DNA of 64,000 nucleotides from Patescibacteria group bacterium (GCA_018897195.1 JAHILH010000004.1:83678-147677); one strand, 5' to 3'; counted from the first letter of the stretch, positions 1-11,648 are shown. Translations and numbers: made by a program. The notes: generated from the sequence alone by a model not told the origin.

Positions 1-580
1 GAATAAAAAAATCCCTGAGCTATATGAAATAATCCAAAAAGAATTAACTAGGATGACCGGTATTTTAAATGATCTTACAGACCTTACCAACTCCGACGCC
101 AAGACAGAAAAAATCGAGCAGGAAATAGTCAGTCTAAATATTATTACCAAAACTGCTGTACGCTCATTAGACATTCTGGCTAAACAAAAAAATATCAAAC
201 TAGAACTTGCCAAAAACAATCCTAATATCAATATTATTGGCGATGAACAAAAATTAGAAAAATTATTATTAAACATTATCAGAAACGCCACTAAATATAC
301 CGACGTTGGTGGTTGGATAAAAGTTCACCTTGAAGAAAAAAATAAAATTGCCAAAATCATAGTCGAAGACAATGGCATTGGTGTTCCCCCGGAAGATTTG
401 CCTTATATTTTTGAAAGATTTTATCGCGTTGATAAAGCTCGCTCTCGTCAAGAAGGCGGGACCGGCCTTGGTCTCTCAATCTGTAAATGGATTGCCGAAG
501 CTCATGGCGGCAATATCCAAGTAGAAAGCCAAGAAGGGGTAGGAACAAAGTTTATTTTAGAATTACCAATAACTATATAA
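1..580 (+). CDS. Sensor histidine kinase, C-terminal HATPase part (5' truncated by window edge)
   Basis: N box (LLNIIRNATKYT), G1 (VEDNGIG), F box (IFERFYR), G2 (GGTGLGLSI); frame is open back to the window start. Confidence 0.93.
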   Translation, partial: NKKIPELYEIIQKELTRMTGILNDLTDLTNSDAKTEKIEQEIVSLNIITKTAVRSLDILAKQKNIKLELAKNNPNINIIGDEQKLEKLLLNIIRNATKYTDVGGWIKVHLEEKNKIAKIIVEDNGIGVPPEDLPYIFERFYRVDKARSRQEGGTGLGLSICKWIAEAHGGNIQVESQEGVGTKFILELPITI

Positions 581-582
581 AT

Positions 583-616
583 AAAAAGCTCTGACCAACA
601 TCGTCAGAGCTTTTTA
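583..616 (+). terminator. Intrinsic terminator after the kinase
   Basis: AAAAAGCTCTGAC-loop-GTCAGAGCTTTTT hairpin with T-tract. Confidence 0.8.
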
Positions 617-623
617 TTTATAT

Positions 624-678
624 TTGACACAAAACATAATAAGGATTATGATATAGATATACCTCCACCCCAGGTATA
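624..678 (+). promoter_or_regulatory. Sigma70 promoter plus CsoR-type operator of the copper operon
   Basis: TTGACA(624)-17-TATGAT; palindrome TATACCT-ccacccc-AGGTATA (658-678) with a central C-tract, typical of CsoR/RcnR operators, directly upstream of csoR. Confidence 0.75.
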
Positions 679-702
679 GGTAATAAATTATTAAACACAC
701 TT

Positions 703-969
703 ATGGACTACAATAAAACAATTGCGATTAACTTTAAAAAGGCCAAAAGCTTAATTGCCAAACTTGAAACAATGTTAGAGCAAAAAGAATACTGCATTGA
801 CATTATGCAACAAAATCTTGCCGCGATTGGAATTTTGAAATCTGCCAATCAACAACTTCTGGAAAAGCATCTAAATTCCTGCTTCAAAAATGCGATGGCT
901 GCCAAAAATGAAGCTTTAAAACAAAAAATGATTGATGAAATAATTAAAGTTAACAAACTAGCTAAATAA
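703..969 (+). CDS. csoR: CsoR/RcnR-family metal-sensing repressor
   Basis: YCIDIMQQ...LLEKHLNSC gives the C-H-C Cu(I) fingerprint; upstream of the Cu ATPase. Confidence 0.88.
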   Translation: MDYNKTIAINFKKAKSLIAKLETMLEQKEYCIDIMQQNLAAIGILKSANQQLLEKHLNSCFKNAMAAKNEALKQKMIDEIIKVNKLAK

Positions 970-974
970 ATTAT

Positions 975-2354
975 ATGACGCAAATTAATTTTAAAATTAA
1001 TGGCCTTCATTGTAAAAGCTGCAAAGCTCTAATTGAAAGCGAGGTTAAAGCCACCAATAAAATTGAAAACATTAACGTTGACCACATTAGCGGTGACACT
1101 TCTTTGGATTTTGACGGCAACATTGAAGAGATTTACAAAACCATCGAAGATCTGGGCTATGGCATTGTCAGAGAACCCAGCGCCGCTGATTCAAAAAAAA
1201 AAGATGTTGTAGCCGGTGTCATAACTAAAGAACAGAATCAATTTCTAGTCCCTGGTATTTCCCTGGCTTTGTTTATACTAGCTTATTTTCTGATTCAAAA
1301 ATTTGATCTATTCAGGATCATGTCACAACTAAACGAAGCAAGTATTAGCTATGGTGTTATTTTTGCCATCGGTCTCTTAGCAAGCTTTCATTGCATTGGC
1401 ATGTGTGGCGGACTTATTATAACTTATACAGCCTCAGGCAAACTCGATGAAAATCAAGAAACTAAAGACTCAAAAATAAAAAATCTACTGCCGCATATTC
1501 AATATAATCTTGGGCGCTTAATCTCCTACACCGTCATCGGTGGCGTCTTGGGCGGATTTGGCTCTTTCTTCGGAGTCAATCCAGTCTTTGCCGGCATTAT
1601 GACAATTTTTGTCGCAATTTTCATGCTCTTAATGGGAATTTCACTATACTCTGAACACAGATTTTTAAACAAGATTAAATTAAGCACACCAGCATTTATT
1701 GCTAAGTTCATTTTTAGCAATAAACACAATCAAAAACCAAAAGGACCATTTATCATTGGCATTCTTACTGGCTTTATGCCTTGCGGACCATTACAGGCGA
1801 TGCAATTATTCGCCCTTGCCTCTGGCAGCGTTTTTAATGGCGCGATGGCGATGTTTCTTTATTCCCTTGGCACTATTCCGCTCATGCTAGGCTTTGGCAC
1901 TCTAATTAGCTCCATTAGCCATATTAAAATTAGACAACTCATGAGATTTTCCGGCGTATTGGTTGTGCTCTTGGGTTTATTGATGGTCAATCGCGGTTTG
2001 GTAAATTTTGGTTATGGATTTAACCCATCGATGCAAAAAAATACGCCGGTGCAAACATCAAACACCGACAAAAATTCCAAAGAAGTTCAAGTAGTTGAAA
2101 TGGCTGTCACTTACAACGGTTATTCACCCAATGTTTTACATATCAAAAAGGATATACCAGTTAAATGGATTATTAAGGATAAAGGTATTACTGGTTGCAC
2201 CAGTGCTATCAAATTATATTTACCAGAAGGCACAATTAATAAAAACTTAGTTCAAAAAAGTGATACCATTATCGAATTTATACCGACGCGGGCCGGCGAA
2301 TTAAAATTCAGCTGCTGGATGAGTATGGTTTGGGGTAAGTTTATAGTTGAATAA
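975..2354 (+). CDS. HMA + DsbD_2/TauE-like membrane domain + cupredoxin-like domain protein
   Basis: GLHCKSC HMA motif, HCIGMCG and GFMPCG membrane motifs, C-terminal FSCWMSMVWG. Confidence 0.88.
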   Translation: MTQINFKINGLHCKSCKALIESEVKATNKIENINVDHISGDTSLDFDGNIEEIYKTIEDLGYGIVREPSAADSKKKDVVAGVITKEQNQFLVPGISLALFILAYFLIQKFDLFRIMSQLNEASISYGVIFAIGLLASFHCIGMCGGLIITYTASGKLDENQETKDSKIKNLLPHIQYNLGRLISYTVIGGVLGGFGSFFGVNPVFAGIMTIFVAIFMLLMGISLYSEHRFLNKIKLSTPAFIAKFIFSNKHNQKPKGPFIIGILTGFMPCGPLQAMQLFALASGSVFNGAMAMFLYSLGTIPLMLGFGTLISSISHIKIRQLMRFSGVLVVLLGLLMVNRGLVNFGYGFNPSMQKNTPVQTSNTDKNSKEVQVVEMAVTYNGYSPNVLHIKKDIPVKWIIKDKGITGCTSAIKLYLPEGTINKNLVQKSDTIIEFIPTRAGELKFSCWMSMVWGKFIVE

Positions 2355-2400
2355 TTAAACTCCCGCCGTCGCTAATGCTATGGCGTGGCAAAGTAAAAAT

Positions 2401-4599
2401 ATGAAAAAAATAATTATTAAAATCACCGGCATGACCTGTGCAAGCTGTGCACTCAATAATGAAAAAACTTTAGGGAGCACCAAGGGCATTATCAGCGCGA
2501 ATGTTAATTTTGCCAACAAGAAAGCAACAATTATATATGACGATAATATTCTAAACCAAACTCAGGTAAAAAAAATCATCATTAATAATGGCTACAATGT
2601 TGAGGAAGAAATAAAAAATAATGAAGATCATGGGCAACACATCCATGAAAATGGCGAAATTATTAAAGTACGCCGCACTTTTATCGGTGCCAGCATTTTC
2701 AGCCTTCCGTTATTACTTGAAATGTTTTATAAATGGCGACTAGGCATCATGTTCCTTCATCTCGACCTGGTGATGTATTTTCATTTTGTATTAGCAACTG
2801 TTGTTGTTTTTTACTACGGCTGGCGCTTTCATAAGATGGCCTTCAAACAAGCTTCTCATTTCCAAGCTAACATGGACACACTTGTCTCCATGGGCACCTT
2901 GTCGGCTTACTTTTATAGCTTCTGGTTACTAATTCAGGTCATTTTTTTCAACATTGAAAAGATGGGCTACTTTGAAACTGCAGCCATTATTATCACCCTA
3001 ATCTTACTCGGTAAATACTTCGAAGCCCGCGCTGCCGGTCAAGCAGGTCAAGCAATGAAAAAACTCATGGAACTAGGAGTTAAAAAAGCCCGTCTACTTA
3101 TCAATGGCGAAGAACGAGAAATTGATATTGAAAATATTAAGATTAATGACATTGTCATAGTTCGACCAAGTGAAAAAATCCCGCTTGATGGTATCATCGA
3201 AGATGGCGAGTCCAGTATTGACGAATCCATGTTGACTGGCGAATCTTTACCGTTAGAAAAAAAACCAGGTGACACTGTTTATGGTGCGACAATTAATCAG
3301 ACTGGCGTCTTGAGAATTAAAGTTACCCAAATTGGCGAAGGCACAATACTGGCCAAGATTATCAAAACTGTCGAAGAAGCTCAAGGGTCAAAAGCACCGA
3401 TTCAAAAATTAGCCGACAAAATATCTGGCATTTTTGCACCAGTCGTAATCATCATCGCCCTATTAACTTTTATCACCTTATATTTCAGCTCCGGTAATTT
3501 TGCCACCTCCCTAATCAATGCTATCACTGTTCTAGTTATTGCCTGTCCTTGCGCTCTTGGTTTGGCAACACCAACAGCCATTATGGCCGGTACTGGCCGT
3601 GGGGCTAAGAATGGAATACTATTTAAAAATAGTGAGAGCTTTGAAAGAGCCAAAAATATTACCATGATTGTCTTTGACAAAACCGGTACTCTCACCGAAG
3701 GCGCACCGCAGGTAAAAAAAATTATTACTAATCCAGAATTCAAATTCGAAGAGGCTCATATCATAAAAATCGGCGCCTCCGTTGCCCAAAATTCCAACCA
3801 TCCTCTTTCGATGGCTGTCAGCCAATACGCCGAACAAAAGAACACGCAACTTGCCGAATTAGAAAACTTCCAGGAGTTAAGCGGTCGTGGCGTTAGTGGC
3901 ACATGTAAAGCTCACAAAACTTCTCTAACACTTGGTAATAAAAAATTACTAACAGAAAACAATATCGACACTACGTGGGCTAATGAACTTCTAAGGGCCG
4001 AAAATCTGGAATCAGGTACAAGACTATTTGTCACACATGGTCAAAACTTAATTGGCGCCTTTATTATCGCTGATAAAATTCGAGCTGAGTCTGCTCAAGT
4101 TATCGCCGATCTTAAATCTATGGGCCTGAAGATTACAATGCTATCGGGCGACAATATTCAAACCGCTCAAGAAGTGGCCCGGGAATTGCAAATTGATAAT
4201 GTAATCGCCGAAGTCTTGCCAAACGAAAAATCACAAAAAATTAAAGATCTACAGGCTAGTGGCGAAAAAATTATTTTCGTTGGTGACGGTATCAATGACG
4301 CTCCTAGTCTCGTGCAAGCCAACCTCGGCATTGCCATGGGCAACGCGACTGATATTGCCAAAGAAGCCGGGCAAATAATTTTAATGCAAAATAATTTGAA
4401 TAAAGTTGTCGAAGCAATCAAATTGTCCAAAACAACTTTCCGCACTATCAAACAAAATATTTTCTGGGCCTTCTTCTATAACACCATTGCCATTCCATTA
4501 GCCATCCTTGGCGTTCTAAATCCAATCATCGCCTCGGCGGCCATGGGCTTTAGTTCCGTTTCGGTGGTCTTGAATAGTTTGCGGATATATAAGAAGTAA
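2401..4599 (+). CDS. copA: Cu(I)-translocating P1B-type ATPase
   Basis: [29 protein letters not shown] and MxxSS motifs; start moved to 2401 because the upstream MAW ATG lies in a small repeat. Confidence 0.95.
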   Translation: MKKIIIKITGMTCASCALNNEKTLGSTKGIISANVNFANKKATIIYDDNILNQTQVKKIIINNGYNVEEEIKNNEDHGQHIHENGEIIKVRRTFIGASIFSLPLLLEMFYKWRLGIMFLHLDLVMYFHFVLATVVVFYYGWRFHKMAFKQASHFQANMDTLVSMGTLSAYFYSFWLLIQVIFFNIEKMGYFETAAIIITLILLGKYFEARAAGQAGQAMKKLMELGVKKARLLINGEEREIDIENIKINDIVIVRPSEKIPLDGIIEDGESSIDESMLTGESLPLEKKPGDTVYGATINQTGVLRIKVTQIGEGTILAKIIKTVEEAQGSKAPIQKLADKISGIFAPVVIIIALLTFITLYFSSGNFATSLINAITVLVIACPCALGLATPTAIMAGTGRGAKNGILFKNSESFERAKNITMIVFDKTGTLTEGAPQVKKIITNPEFKFEEAHIIKIGASVAQNSNHPLSMAVSQYAEQKNTQLAELENFQELSGRGVSGTCKAHKTSLTLGNKKLLTENNIDTTWANELLRAENLESGTRLFVTHGQNLIGAFIIADKIRAESAQVIADLKSMGLKITMLSGDNIQTAQEVARELQIDNVIAEVLPNEKSQKIKDLQASGEKIIFVGDGINDAPSLVQANLGIAMGNATDIAKEAGQIILMQNNLNKVVEAIKLSKTTFRTIKQNIFWAFFYNTIAIPLAILGVLNPIIASAAMGFSSVSVVLNSLRIYKK

Positions 4600-4613
4600 G
4601 AGTATCGTATAAC

Positions 4614-4703
4614 TCCCTCTCCTGGATAGGAGAGGGCAGGGTGAGGTAGATTTTCGGTGACGGCTCCCCCACCCCGACCCTCTCCCGGCGGGGCGAGGGA
4701 GAA
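4614..4703 (+). repeat. GC-rich REP/MITE-like element, copy 1
   Basis: TCCCTCTCCTGGATAGGAGAGGG..GGGTGAGGTAGA..CCCACCCCGACCCTCTCCC..GCGAGGGAGAA; near-identical copy at 14721, related copy at 18658. Confidence 0.85.
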
Positions 4704-4721
4704 TTACAGTCGTCTTCGCAG

Positions 4722-4763
4722 ATAATAAAAAATGAGTGATTATATATCACTCATTTTTTATTA
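4722..4763. terminator. Bidirectional terminator between copA and ABC-F
   Basis: ATAATAAAAAATGAGTGAT-loop-ATCACTCATTTTTTATTAT inverted repeat between convergent genes. Confidence 0.75.
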
Positions 4764-4803
4764 TCCTATATTCGTAATTCGCAAATTTTTAATTGATAAT
4801 TAA

Positions 4804-6258
4804 TTATATCTTCCCTAATTCCAGAAACTGATTAAATTTAATCTGATCCGTAAATTCCTTCATATGACTCACCATGATCAATGTCCCTTCAAATTTATTC
4901 ACCGCCTCAGCGATGATTGGGATATGACGGAAGTTAATATGATTGGTCGGCTCATCCATAATCAATAGTCCCGGTTTCATCAATACAATACTTGCCATCG
5001 ATAACAAACCCTTCTGACCTTCGGATAAAGCGGATATTTTTCGGCCCATCAATTCGCCAGAGATTAAGAAACGCGCCGCAATACCACGTAGGTGCTCAAC
5101 GCTTAAACCATCAGCCATTACCTTTTGCAAAAAATCCATCACCGTACTATCATAATCTAAATTCGCAAAATCCTGACTGTAATAACCAACTGTTACACCC
5201 TCAAGGATTTTCACACCCTCGGCTTTATTCTCAACCATTTTTTTCAATAATGTACTTTTACCAATTCCGTTTGGTCCAGTAATAATCATATGATCACCGC
5301 GACGCAAAATAATGTTTTGGGGCACGACAATTATTTCATAATTTTTCATCACGCTCACCGATTCAATCTCCACAATCTTACCAACAATCTCTTGTGCTGG
5401 AATATCAAAATCACGAATGCTCACATCTTCCTTGCGCACATCGACCATATTTTCCTCGGCTTCCTCAACTTCGTTTCTCATCTTCTGTGCTAGTTTTCTC
5501 ATTTTACCACCCTTATGTGAAAAGAAATTGGCTTTTTCTTTACGATCTTGAATTTGTTTTTCCAAGCGTGCATTTTGCATCTTCTCTTTTTCCACACGTG
5601 CGGAAATATTTTCTACCACGGTGTAATAATCACCAGTATATTGTTCAACTTTGTGCGTGTGAATATCTAGATAAATCACGCCTTCAGTAAAGCAGTTTAA
5701 AAAATCCGCATCATGTGAAATGACAATTACCGTTTTGTCATACATGATTAAAAACTGAATCAAATGATCAATGCCCGCATCATCAAGATTATTAGTAGGC
5801 TCATCCAAGAGTAAAATATCGGGATTCTGAATCAAGGCGTATGCCAAAAGCAAGCGCGCCTGCTGACCACCAGACAAATCACGCACTTTCTTATCAATCG
5901 GTACATCTAAATTAACCGCACTCATCACGCCCGCGATGCGTCCTTTAATATTACCAGGTGTTTCATGAAAGGCTTGGGAAAAATATTCTTCCAAAGTAAA
6001 GTCTAAATCCTTTTTCTCAATTACCTGTTTCGCGGTGCCAATCACCACGCCATCGCCAAAATGAACCTTCCCCTCTTTAGGTTTATTTTCACCAGTTATT
6101 AATTTAAAAATTGTGCTCTTTCCAGCCCCATTCTGCCCCATTAAGGTTATTTTTGAACCATTACGGATACTAAAAGATGCCTCATCTAAGACTTTCTTCT
6201 TGTCCACGTATTCAAATGTCACTTCATCAAAGCGCAAAACGACTTTATTATCTGCCAT
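4804..6258 (-). CDS. ABC-F family ATPase (ribosome-associated)
   Basis: Two ABC domains (GQNGAGKST/LSGGQ/LLLDEPTN; GPNGIGKST/LSEGQ/DEPTNH) with a linker and no TM segments. Confidence 0.93.
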   Translation of the reverse strand: MADNKVVLRFDEVTFEYVDKKKVLDEASFSIRNGSKITLMGQNGAGKSTIFKLITGENKPKEGKVHFGDGVVIGTAKQVIEKKDLDFTLEEYFSQAFHETPGNIKGRIAGVMSAVNLDVPIDKKVRDLSGGQQARLLLAYALIQNPDILLLDEPTNNLDDAGIDHLIQFLIMYDKTVIVISHDADFLNCFTEGVIYLDIHTHKVEQYTGDYYTVVENISARVEKEKMQNARLEKQIQDRKEKANFFSHKGGKMRKLAQKMRNEVEEAEENMVDVRKEDVSIRDFDIPAQEIVGKIVEIESVSVMKNYEIIVVPQNIILRRGDHMIITGPNGIGKSTLLKKMVENKAEGVKILEGVTVGYYSQDFANLDYDSTVMDFLQKVMADGLSVEHLRGIAARFLISGELMGRKISALSEGQKGLLSMASIVLMKPGLLIMDEPTNHINFRHIPIIAEAVNKFEGTLIMVSHMKEFTDQIKFNQFLELGKI

Positions 6259-6352
6259 AGTTTATAAATGATTATTTAATTACTAAAATATAATAACAAA
6301 AAAGACAACTTTTGTAAAGGTGTCTTTTTGATAACTTTTAAAATCTTAAAAT

Positions 6353-6748
6353 CTAACTAACCGATGCTTCAAGTAATTTATTTATTTCCTGAGTTAATAT
6401 TTCTGGAGTAATTCTCGATTTCACCAAATAAGCATTCACACCTTGCATATAAACCATCTGCTTATCTCGTTCACTGTCTAAATTAGTCAAAACAATTAAG
6501 GGAATATTATTAACCTTAGAATTTCCTTTTACTTTTTCAATCAAATAAAAACCGTCCTTTTTCGGCATCACCAGATCGGTGATAATTATGTCTGGTCTTT
6601 CATCTAAAACCACGTCGTATCCCTCCTTGCCATTTCGCGCGATATAAACAATAAAATTTTCCATTTCCAATTTTGCACAATACATATCCATTAGCACTTC
6701 ATCATCCTCCACTAAAACAATTTTCTTTTTATTATCTGTTGTTTCCAT
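6353..6748 (-). CDS. Single-domain response regulator
   Basis: VEDD, ITDLVMP phospho-Asp, VLT, YLVK receiver motifs. Confidence 0.9.
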   Translation of the reverse strand: METTDNKKKIVLVEDDEVLMDMYCAKLEMENFIVYIARNGKEGYDVVLDERPDIIITDLVMPKKDGFYLIEKVKGNSKVNNIPLIVLTNLDSERDKQMVYMQGVNAYLVKSRITPEILTQEINKLLEASVS

Positions 6749-6817
6749 AATTTTAACTCACAGTTTATTAATAACTATATTATAGCAAATTTTCAAAATA
6801 AGAAAATACCGGCAATA

Positions 6818-7888
6818 TTAATTAATAAACATCCCGTCGCCATAACTATAAAAACGATAATTTTCTTTAATCGCCTCAGTATAAGCTTTTTTAATATTTT
6901 CCGTTCCAGCTAGGGCGGAAATTAGCATCAACAAGGTTGATTTGGGCAAATGAAAATTAGTGATCATCGCATCAACTATTTTAAACTCATAGCCGGGATA
7001 AATAAATATATTCACCAAGCCAGAATGAACGTTATTCAATAATTTAAAATTCTTCTGATTGTATGCATAAGCTTCCAGGGCGCGCGCTGAAGTGGTGCCA
7101 ACACTAATAATCCGTCGCTCCTCCACTTTTGCCTCGACAATACGGCGCAAAACCTCTTTGCGAATCTCCACAAACTCAGAGTGCATTTTATGACCCTTAA
7201 TATCATCAACTTTTACCGGTGCAAAAGTACCTAGACCAACGTGCAGGGTCACATATTCAATCTGTACGCCTTTGCCTTTTATTTTTTGCAACAACTCCGG
7301 CGTGAAATGCAGGCCTGCTGTCGGCGCCGCCACTGAGCCCTTTTTGTCATCATCAGCATAAACGGTTTGATAATTATGCTCATCATTTTTCTGCACATCA
7401 TTCAAATTTAAAAATTCACGCTGCTTCTTGATATAGGGAGGAATCGGCACTTCACCTAAAATCTCAACCGCTTTCCAAAAATTTTTTCCATGCTTGTCAA
7501 ATGAAATTTCAAAAGTTCCGTCATTATTGTCTCCCTCTACCTTGCCCGTCAATTCTTTTTTATTACCAAATTCAATCAGCATCCCCGCTTTCATACCCTT
7601 GCCACCGATTAAACATTGCCAATTATCACCTTGCAGTTGATGTAAAAAAACTTCCACCTTGCCACCCGTCACCTTCTTTCCAACTAAACGTGCTGGTACC
7701 ACTTTAGAATTGTTCAACACTAAGACATCGCCCTTTTGCAAATATTCAACAAAATCGTAAAAATGCCTATGCTCAATCGCGCCACTATGCTTATTTAAAA
7801 CCAAAAGCCGCGAATGATCCCGCGGACTAACTGGATGGGTTGCTATTAAATTTTCTGGCAAATTATAATCAAAATCTGATAATCGCAT
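6818..7888 (-). CDS. queA: SAM:tRNA ribosyltransferase-isomerase
   Basis: DFDYNLPENLIA, GSVAAPTAGLHF, TNFHLPKSTL, YRFYSYGD. Confidence 0.97.
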   Translation of the reverse strand: MRLSDFDYNLPENLIATHPVSPRDHSRLLVLNKHSGAIEHRHFYDFVEYLQKGDVLVLNNSKVVPARLVGKKVTGGKVEVFLHQLQGDNWQCLIGGKGMKAGMLIEFGNKKELTGKVEGDNNDGTFEISFDKHGKNFWKAVEILGEVPIPPYIKKQREFLNLNDVQKNDEHNYQTVYADDDKKGSVAAPTAGLHFTPELLQKIKGKGVQIEYVTLHVGLGTFAPVKVDDIKGHKMHSEFVEIRKEVLRRIVEAKVEERRIISVGTTSARALEAYAYNQKNFKLLNNVHSGLVNIFIYPGYEFKIVDAMITNFHLPKSTLLMLISALAGTENIKKAYTEAIKENYRFYSYGDGMFIN

Positions 7889-7906
7889 ATGTTTCTCCCG
7901 TAAATT

Positions 7907-8452
7907 TTAAACTGTTTTATTTTCCTCTTTCTTATGATTCTCGGTCAACTTAATTATTATATCTCTCAGGCCGTCCGGGTCTGGCACATCTTCAAAAATA
8001 AACCTTTCTTTGGCGGCAGCTGTCTGAATATATAAATAACCGAATTTTAATAAGGTTGGTATTACGCCTTTTATTTCACTGGTAATATCCTGAATATTGG
8101 CAATTTTTTGTTCGGAAATTGTTCTCGAAAAAAAACCACGCTGTTCAATGTCTATAATTCTCTCAGTTGTTATAATCCAAAGATCTAAATAATAATCAAC
8201 AAAATTAAAAAACAAAAACAACCAGACAAAAAGATAGTAAGCGCTCGCGCCAAGAGTTGCTAGCGGTAAAAAAATTTCATTATCCATTATTCCCGCCTTT
8301 CCCAAAATAAGCGCCGCCACAATAAGCAGTGGCAAAATCATTAATAATATAGACAATAAAACAGATTTAAACAAGATAAAAAAATCACGATGAATAACCT
8401 TAATCACTTTTTCCCCTGGCATTTGATTTGGTAATTTATAAACTGAAAACAT
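7907..8452 (-). CDS. bPH-domain membrane protein
   Basis: Two TM helices followed by WIITTERIIDIEQRGFFSR...IQDI...FGYLYIQTA. Confidence 0.75.
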   Translation of the reverse strand: MFSVYKLPNQMPGEKVIKVIHRDFFILFKSVLLSILLMILPLLIVAALILGKAGIMDNEIFLPLATLGASAYYLFVWLFLFFNFVDYYLDLWIITTERIIDIEQRGFFSRTISEQKIANIQDITSEIKGVIPTLLKFGYLYIQTAAAKERFIFEDVPDPDGLRDIIIKLTENHKKEENKTV

Positions 8453-8455
8453 AAT

Positions 8456-8710
8456 TTAAAATTTAAATTGATTATTTGGATTAAAATCGATATTAAAAAA
8501 AGAAACTGGCGTTGTCCAATTAACTTGCTCTATATAATAAAATGACGATGACAGCATCAATCCAGATACACCAACAAAAACAACAGTGGCAAATACCGTT
8601 GCTAAATCACGAACTCCATAGGATAAAATATGAAAAAGAGAAATCACTGCTATCAATGCCCAGATAGCTAAAAAAATATAATAAGCGTAGAGAAATATTA
8701 TTAAAGACAT
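8456..8710 (-). CDS. Small membrane protein
   Basis: 84 aa hydrophobic ORF packed in the ruvB-queA operon. Confidence 0.7.
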   Translation of the reverse strand: MSLIIFLYAYYIFLAIWALIAVISLFHILSYGVRDLATVFATVVFVGVSGLMLSSSFYYIEQVNWTTPVSFFNIDFNPNNQFKF

Positions 8711-8730
8711 AGCTTAAATTTATTAAATTA

Positions 8731-9753
8731 TTATTTTTGAATTTTATTTAAATGTTTGCGCGCAATGTCCGTAACAATTCGTCCTCGTGGTGAACGATCC
8801 AAAAATCCCAATTGCATTAAATATGGTTCATACACGTCCTCTATTGTAGACATATCCTCACCAGTCGCTGCCGCAATCGTATTCAAGCCAACAGGCCCTC
8901 CTTTATATTTATCAATAATCGTTTCCAAAATACGGCGATCAATCCAATCAAGACCAAGATCATCAACCTCTAACATGCCAAAAGCGCCGTGACACATTTC
9001 TTCATTAATAATACCGGCCCCCTTAACATCTGCATAGTCGCGCACACGCTTCAAGAGTCGATTGGCCACACGTGGCGTACGACGAGCGCGCTGCGCAATC
9101 GCTTGTGAAGAAATGTCATCAGTCGCCATATTCAAAATTCGTGAACTGCGACTAATAATCTTTTTTATGTCGTCATTGTTATAAAAATCCAAATGGTGAA
9201 TCATGCCGAAGCGATCACGCAAAGGCGCAGACAACATGCTCGCTTTCGTCGTCGCGCCAATAATTGTAATCCGTGGCAAATCAATGCGTAAAGTCCGCGC
9301 CGATGGCCCCTTGCCAATAATAATATCCAGGGCATAATCCTCCATCGCCGGATACAAAATCTCTTCAATCGTCTTGTTCAAGCGGTGAATCTCGTCAATA
9401 AACAAAATATCTCCTTCACTTAAATTCGTCAGAATCGCCGCCAAGTCGCCACTCTTCTCAATCGCCGGCCCGGAAGTAATCTTAATATTCGCCCCCATCT
9501 CATTCGCAATAATATGCGCCAATGTTGTTTTGCCTAGTCCTGGCGCCCCATACAACAACACATGTTCAATTGTCTCATTTCGATTCTTTGCCGCTTGAAT
9601 TGCAATCTTAATATTTTCTTTAATCTTATCTTGCCCCACATACTCCTCAAAGTTTTTTGGACGCAAAGAAAAATCCAGCGCCTTATCAACGCCAGTTTCC
9701 ACCGGACTAATCACCCGCCCTTCTTCATCTTCACTAAAAGTAGAGAAATTCAT
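8731..9753 (-). CDS. ruvB: Holliday junction helicase RuvB
   Basis: [40 protein letters not shown]. Confidence 0.98.
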   Translation of the reverse strand: MNFSTFSEDEEGRVISPVETGVDKALDFSLRPKNFEEYVGQDKIKENIKIAIQAAKNRNETIEHVLLYGAPGLGKTTLAHIIANEMGANIKITSGPAIEKSGDLAAILTNLSEGDILFIDEIHRLNKTIEEILYPAMEDYALDIIIGKGPSARTLRIDLPRITIIGATTKASMLSAPLRDRFGMIHHLDFYNNDDIKKIISRSSRILNMATDDISSQAIAQRARRTPRVANRLLKRVRDYADVKGAGIINEEMCHGAFGMLEVDDLGLDWIDRRILETIIDKYKGGPVGLNTIAAATGEDMSTIEDVYEPYLMQLGFLDRSPRGRIVTDIARKHLNKIQK

Positions 9754-9789
9754 AAATATATTATATAATTTTGGCAGTAATTTAGCAAA

Positions 9790-10467
9790 CTATTTCTTCC
9801 TCATCCAAAAAACCCAAAACTTCAACGGATAGTCTCCTTTTTGCATTTCTTCTTTTTTCAAAATTTCAAAATCCTTCTGAAACAACTTTTCAACTTCCCA
9901 ATCGTAAAAAATGTGATTATAGTGGCCATTTTTAAGAGACCAGTTTTTTACCTTGATTCCGCGGGTAAATTTCTTGATATTACGGTCGGAATTAATACTG
10001 AAACAAATTAAAAAGAAATAACCGCCTGGTTTTAAAACAAAATTCAAATTTCGCAAATATTCCCGCCATTGATATTTGCGAATGTGGTGAAGACAACCAG
10101 AGTCGAGCACTACTTCAAATTCTTCTTTAATATAAGGCAAATTTAAGACGTCGCCAACTTGAAAATCAACTGAAACTTTGGATATTTCAGCATTTTTTTT
10201 GGCTAATTTTACTGCCTCTTCTGAAAAATCAATTCCGCTGCTTTTTAAACCTATTTGCGCAAAAGGAATCGCTTGACGCCCATTGCCACAGCCAAAATCC
10301 AAGAATTTACCATTAATTTTCTCTTTCTTGATAAATTCGACAAATTTAAAAATCACCGGATACGGTGTTTGTGAGGAAAAGTGCCAATTATCACCCGAAT
10401 AACCCCCTTTTAAATTTAGCCAAAATTTATCGTAAAATATTTTCTCTTTTTTAATAACTTTATCCAT
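9790..10467 (-). CDS. Class I SAM-dependent methyltransferase
   Basis: FLDFGCGNGR, GIDFS, DSGCLHH, LKPGG. Confidence 0.9.
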   Translation of the reverse strand: MDKVIKKEKIFYDKFWLNLKGGYSGDNWHFSSQTPYPVIFKFVEFIKKEKINGKFLDFGCGNGRQAIPFAQIGLKSSGIDFSEEAVKLAKKNAEISKVSVDFQVGDVLNLPYIKEEFEVVLDSGCLHHIRKYQWREYLRNLNFVLKPGGYFFLICFSINSDRNIKKFTRGIKVKNWSLKNGHYNHIFYDWEVEKLFQKDFEILKKEEMQKGDYPLKFWVFWMRKK

Positions 10468-10555
10468 AACCTCATTTTACCTGCAAAATTCAATCTTTAC
10501 AAATACCCAAAAACGTTGTAGGATATGCGTATAATTAATCGATTATTTTGACTCT

Positions 10556-11593
10556 ATGATCATTCTCGGAATTGAAACCAGTTGTGACGAAACCGCCGCC
10601 TCAATTATCAAAGGCGAGGAAAACAAAATTGAAGTCTTATCAAATATAATTTCTTCTCAAATAGATATTCATCGCCAATATGGCGGTGTAGTTCCCGAGG
10701 TTGCCGCTCGTGAACATGTTTTGAATATTATGCCCGTCATCGACGAAGCCTTAAAAATTGCCAATCTAAAACACGGCGCTATAGACGCAATTGCTGTCAC
10801 TGTCGGCCCTGGGCTAGTCACCTCATTACAAACTGGCGTTGAAACAGCTAAGGTCTTGTCTTATGCTTGGAATATTCCCGTTATCGGCATTAATCACATC
10901 GAGGGGCACATTGCGGCGAATTTCATTGGCGAATTTTCAGTTTTAAATTTTGAATTTCCAATGATTGTGCTTACAGTTTCTGGTGGACACACAATGCTTA
11001 TTTTATCCAAGCAATTAGGTCAATTTGAAACCGTCGGCGAAACCGTTGATGATGCGGCTGGCGAGGCTTTTGATAAAGCAGCCAAACTAATGGACATTGG
11101 CTACCCCGGCGGTCCGATTATTTCCACTGAAGCCGATAAATTCAACGAAATTAATAACACTCAACCCGCCATCAAACTCCCGCGCCCGATGCTCACCTCT
11201 AAAAATTTTAATTTCTCTTTCTCTGGTTTAAAAACTGCTCTTCGCTATGCCCTAGAAAAAGATTCTACATGGCAAAATCGGATTTCAGAATATTGTTTTC
11301 ATTTTCAACAAGCCATTATCGATGTTTTAATTCACAAAACAATCAAAGCTGCAGAAAAATACAATGCCAAGACAGTAATGTTGGCCGGTGGCGTTTCAGC
11401 TAATAAAGAATTGCGCTTACAATTGGAAACAGCTGTTAAAGAGCGGTTAATTGGTACTAAGTTTAATTTACCAGATTTGAAATACACCACCGACAACGCG
11501 GCGATGATTGCCGCGGCTGGCTATTTCAAAGCCCAACAACAAGAATTTACCAAATGGTCAGATTTAAAAGTTGATAGCAATTTAGAATTATAA
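10556..11593 (+). CDS. tsaD: t6A threonylcarbamoyltransferase
   Basis: GIETSCDET, HIEGH, VSGGHT, DDAAGEAFDK, TDNAAMIA. Confidence 0.98.
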   Translation: MIILGIETSCDETAASIIKGEENKIEVLSNIISSQIDIHRQYGGVVPEVAAREHVLNIMPVIDEALKIANLKHGAIDAIAVTVGPGLVTSLQTGVETAKVLSYAWNIPVIGINHIEGHIAANFIGEFSVLNFEFPMIVLTVSGGHTMLILSKQLGQFETVGETVDDAAGEAFDKAAKLMDIGYPGGPIISTEADKFNEINNTQPAIKLPRPMLTSKNFNFSFSGLKTALRYALEKDSTWQNRISEYCFHFQQAIIDVLIHKTIKAAEKYNAKTVMLAGGVSANKELRLQLETAVKERLIGTKFNLPDLKYTTDNAAMIAAAGYFKAQQQEFTKWSDLKVDSNLEL

Positions 11594-11628
11594 AAAGAGT
11601 CCCGAGAATAAACCTCGGGACTCTTTTT
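11592..11628. terminator. Bidirectional terminator tsaD/ppsA
   Basis: AAAAAGAGTCCCGAG-loop-CTCGGGACTCTTTTT. Confidence 0.85.
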
Positions 11629-11648
11629 CTTTTGTCTTGAATTTTATT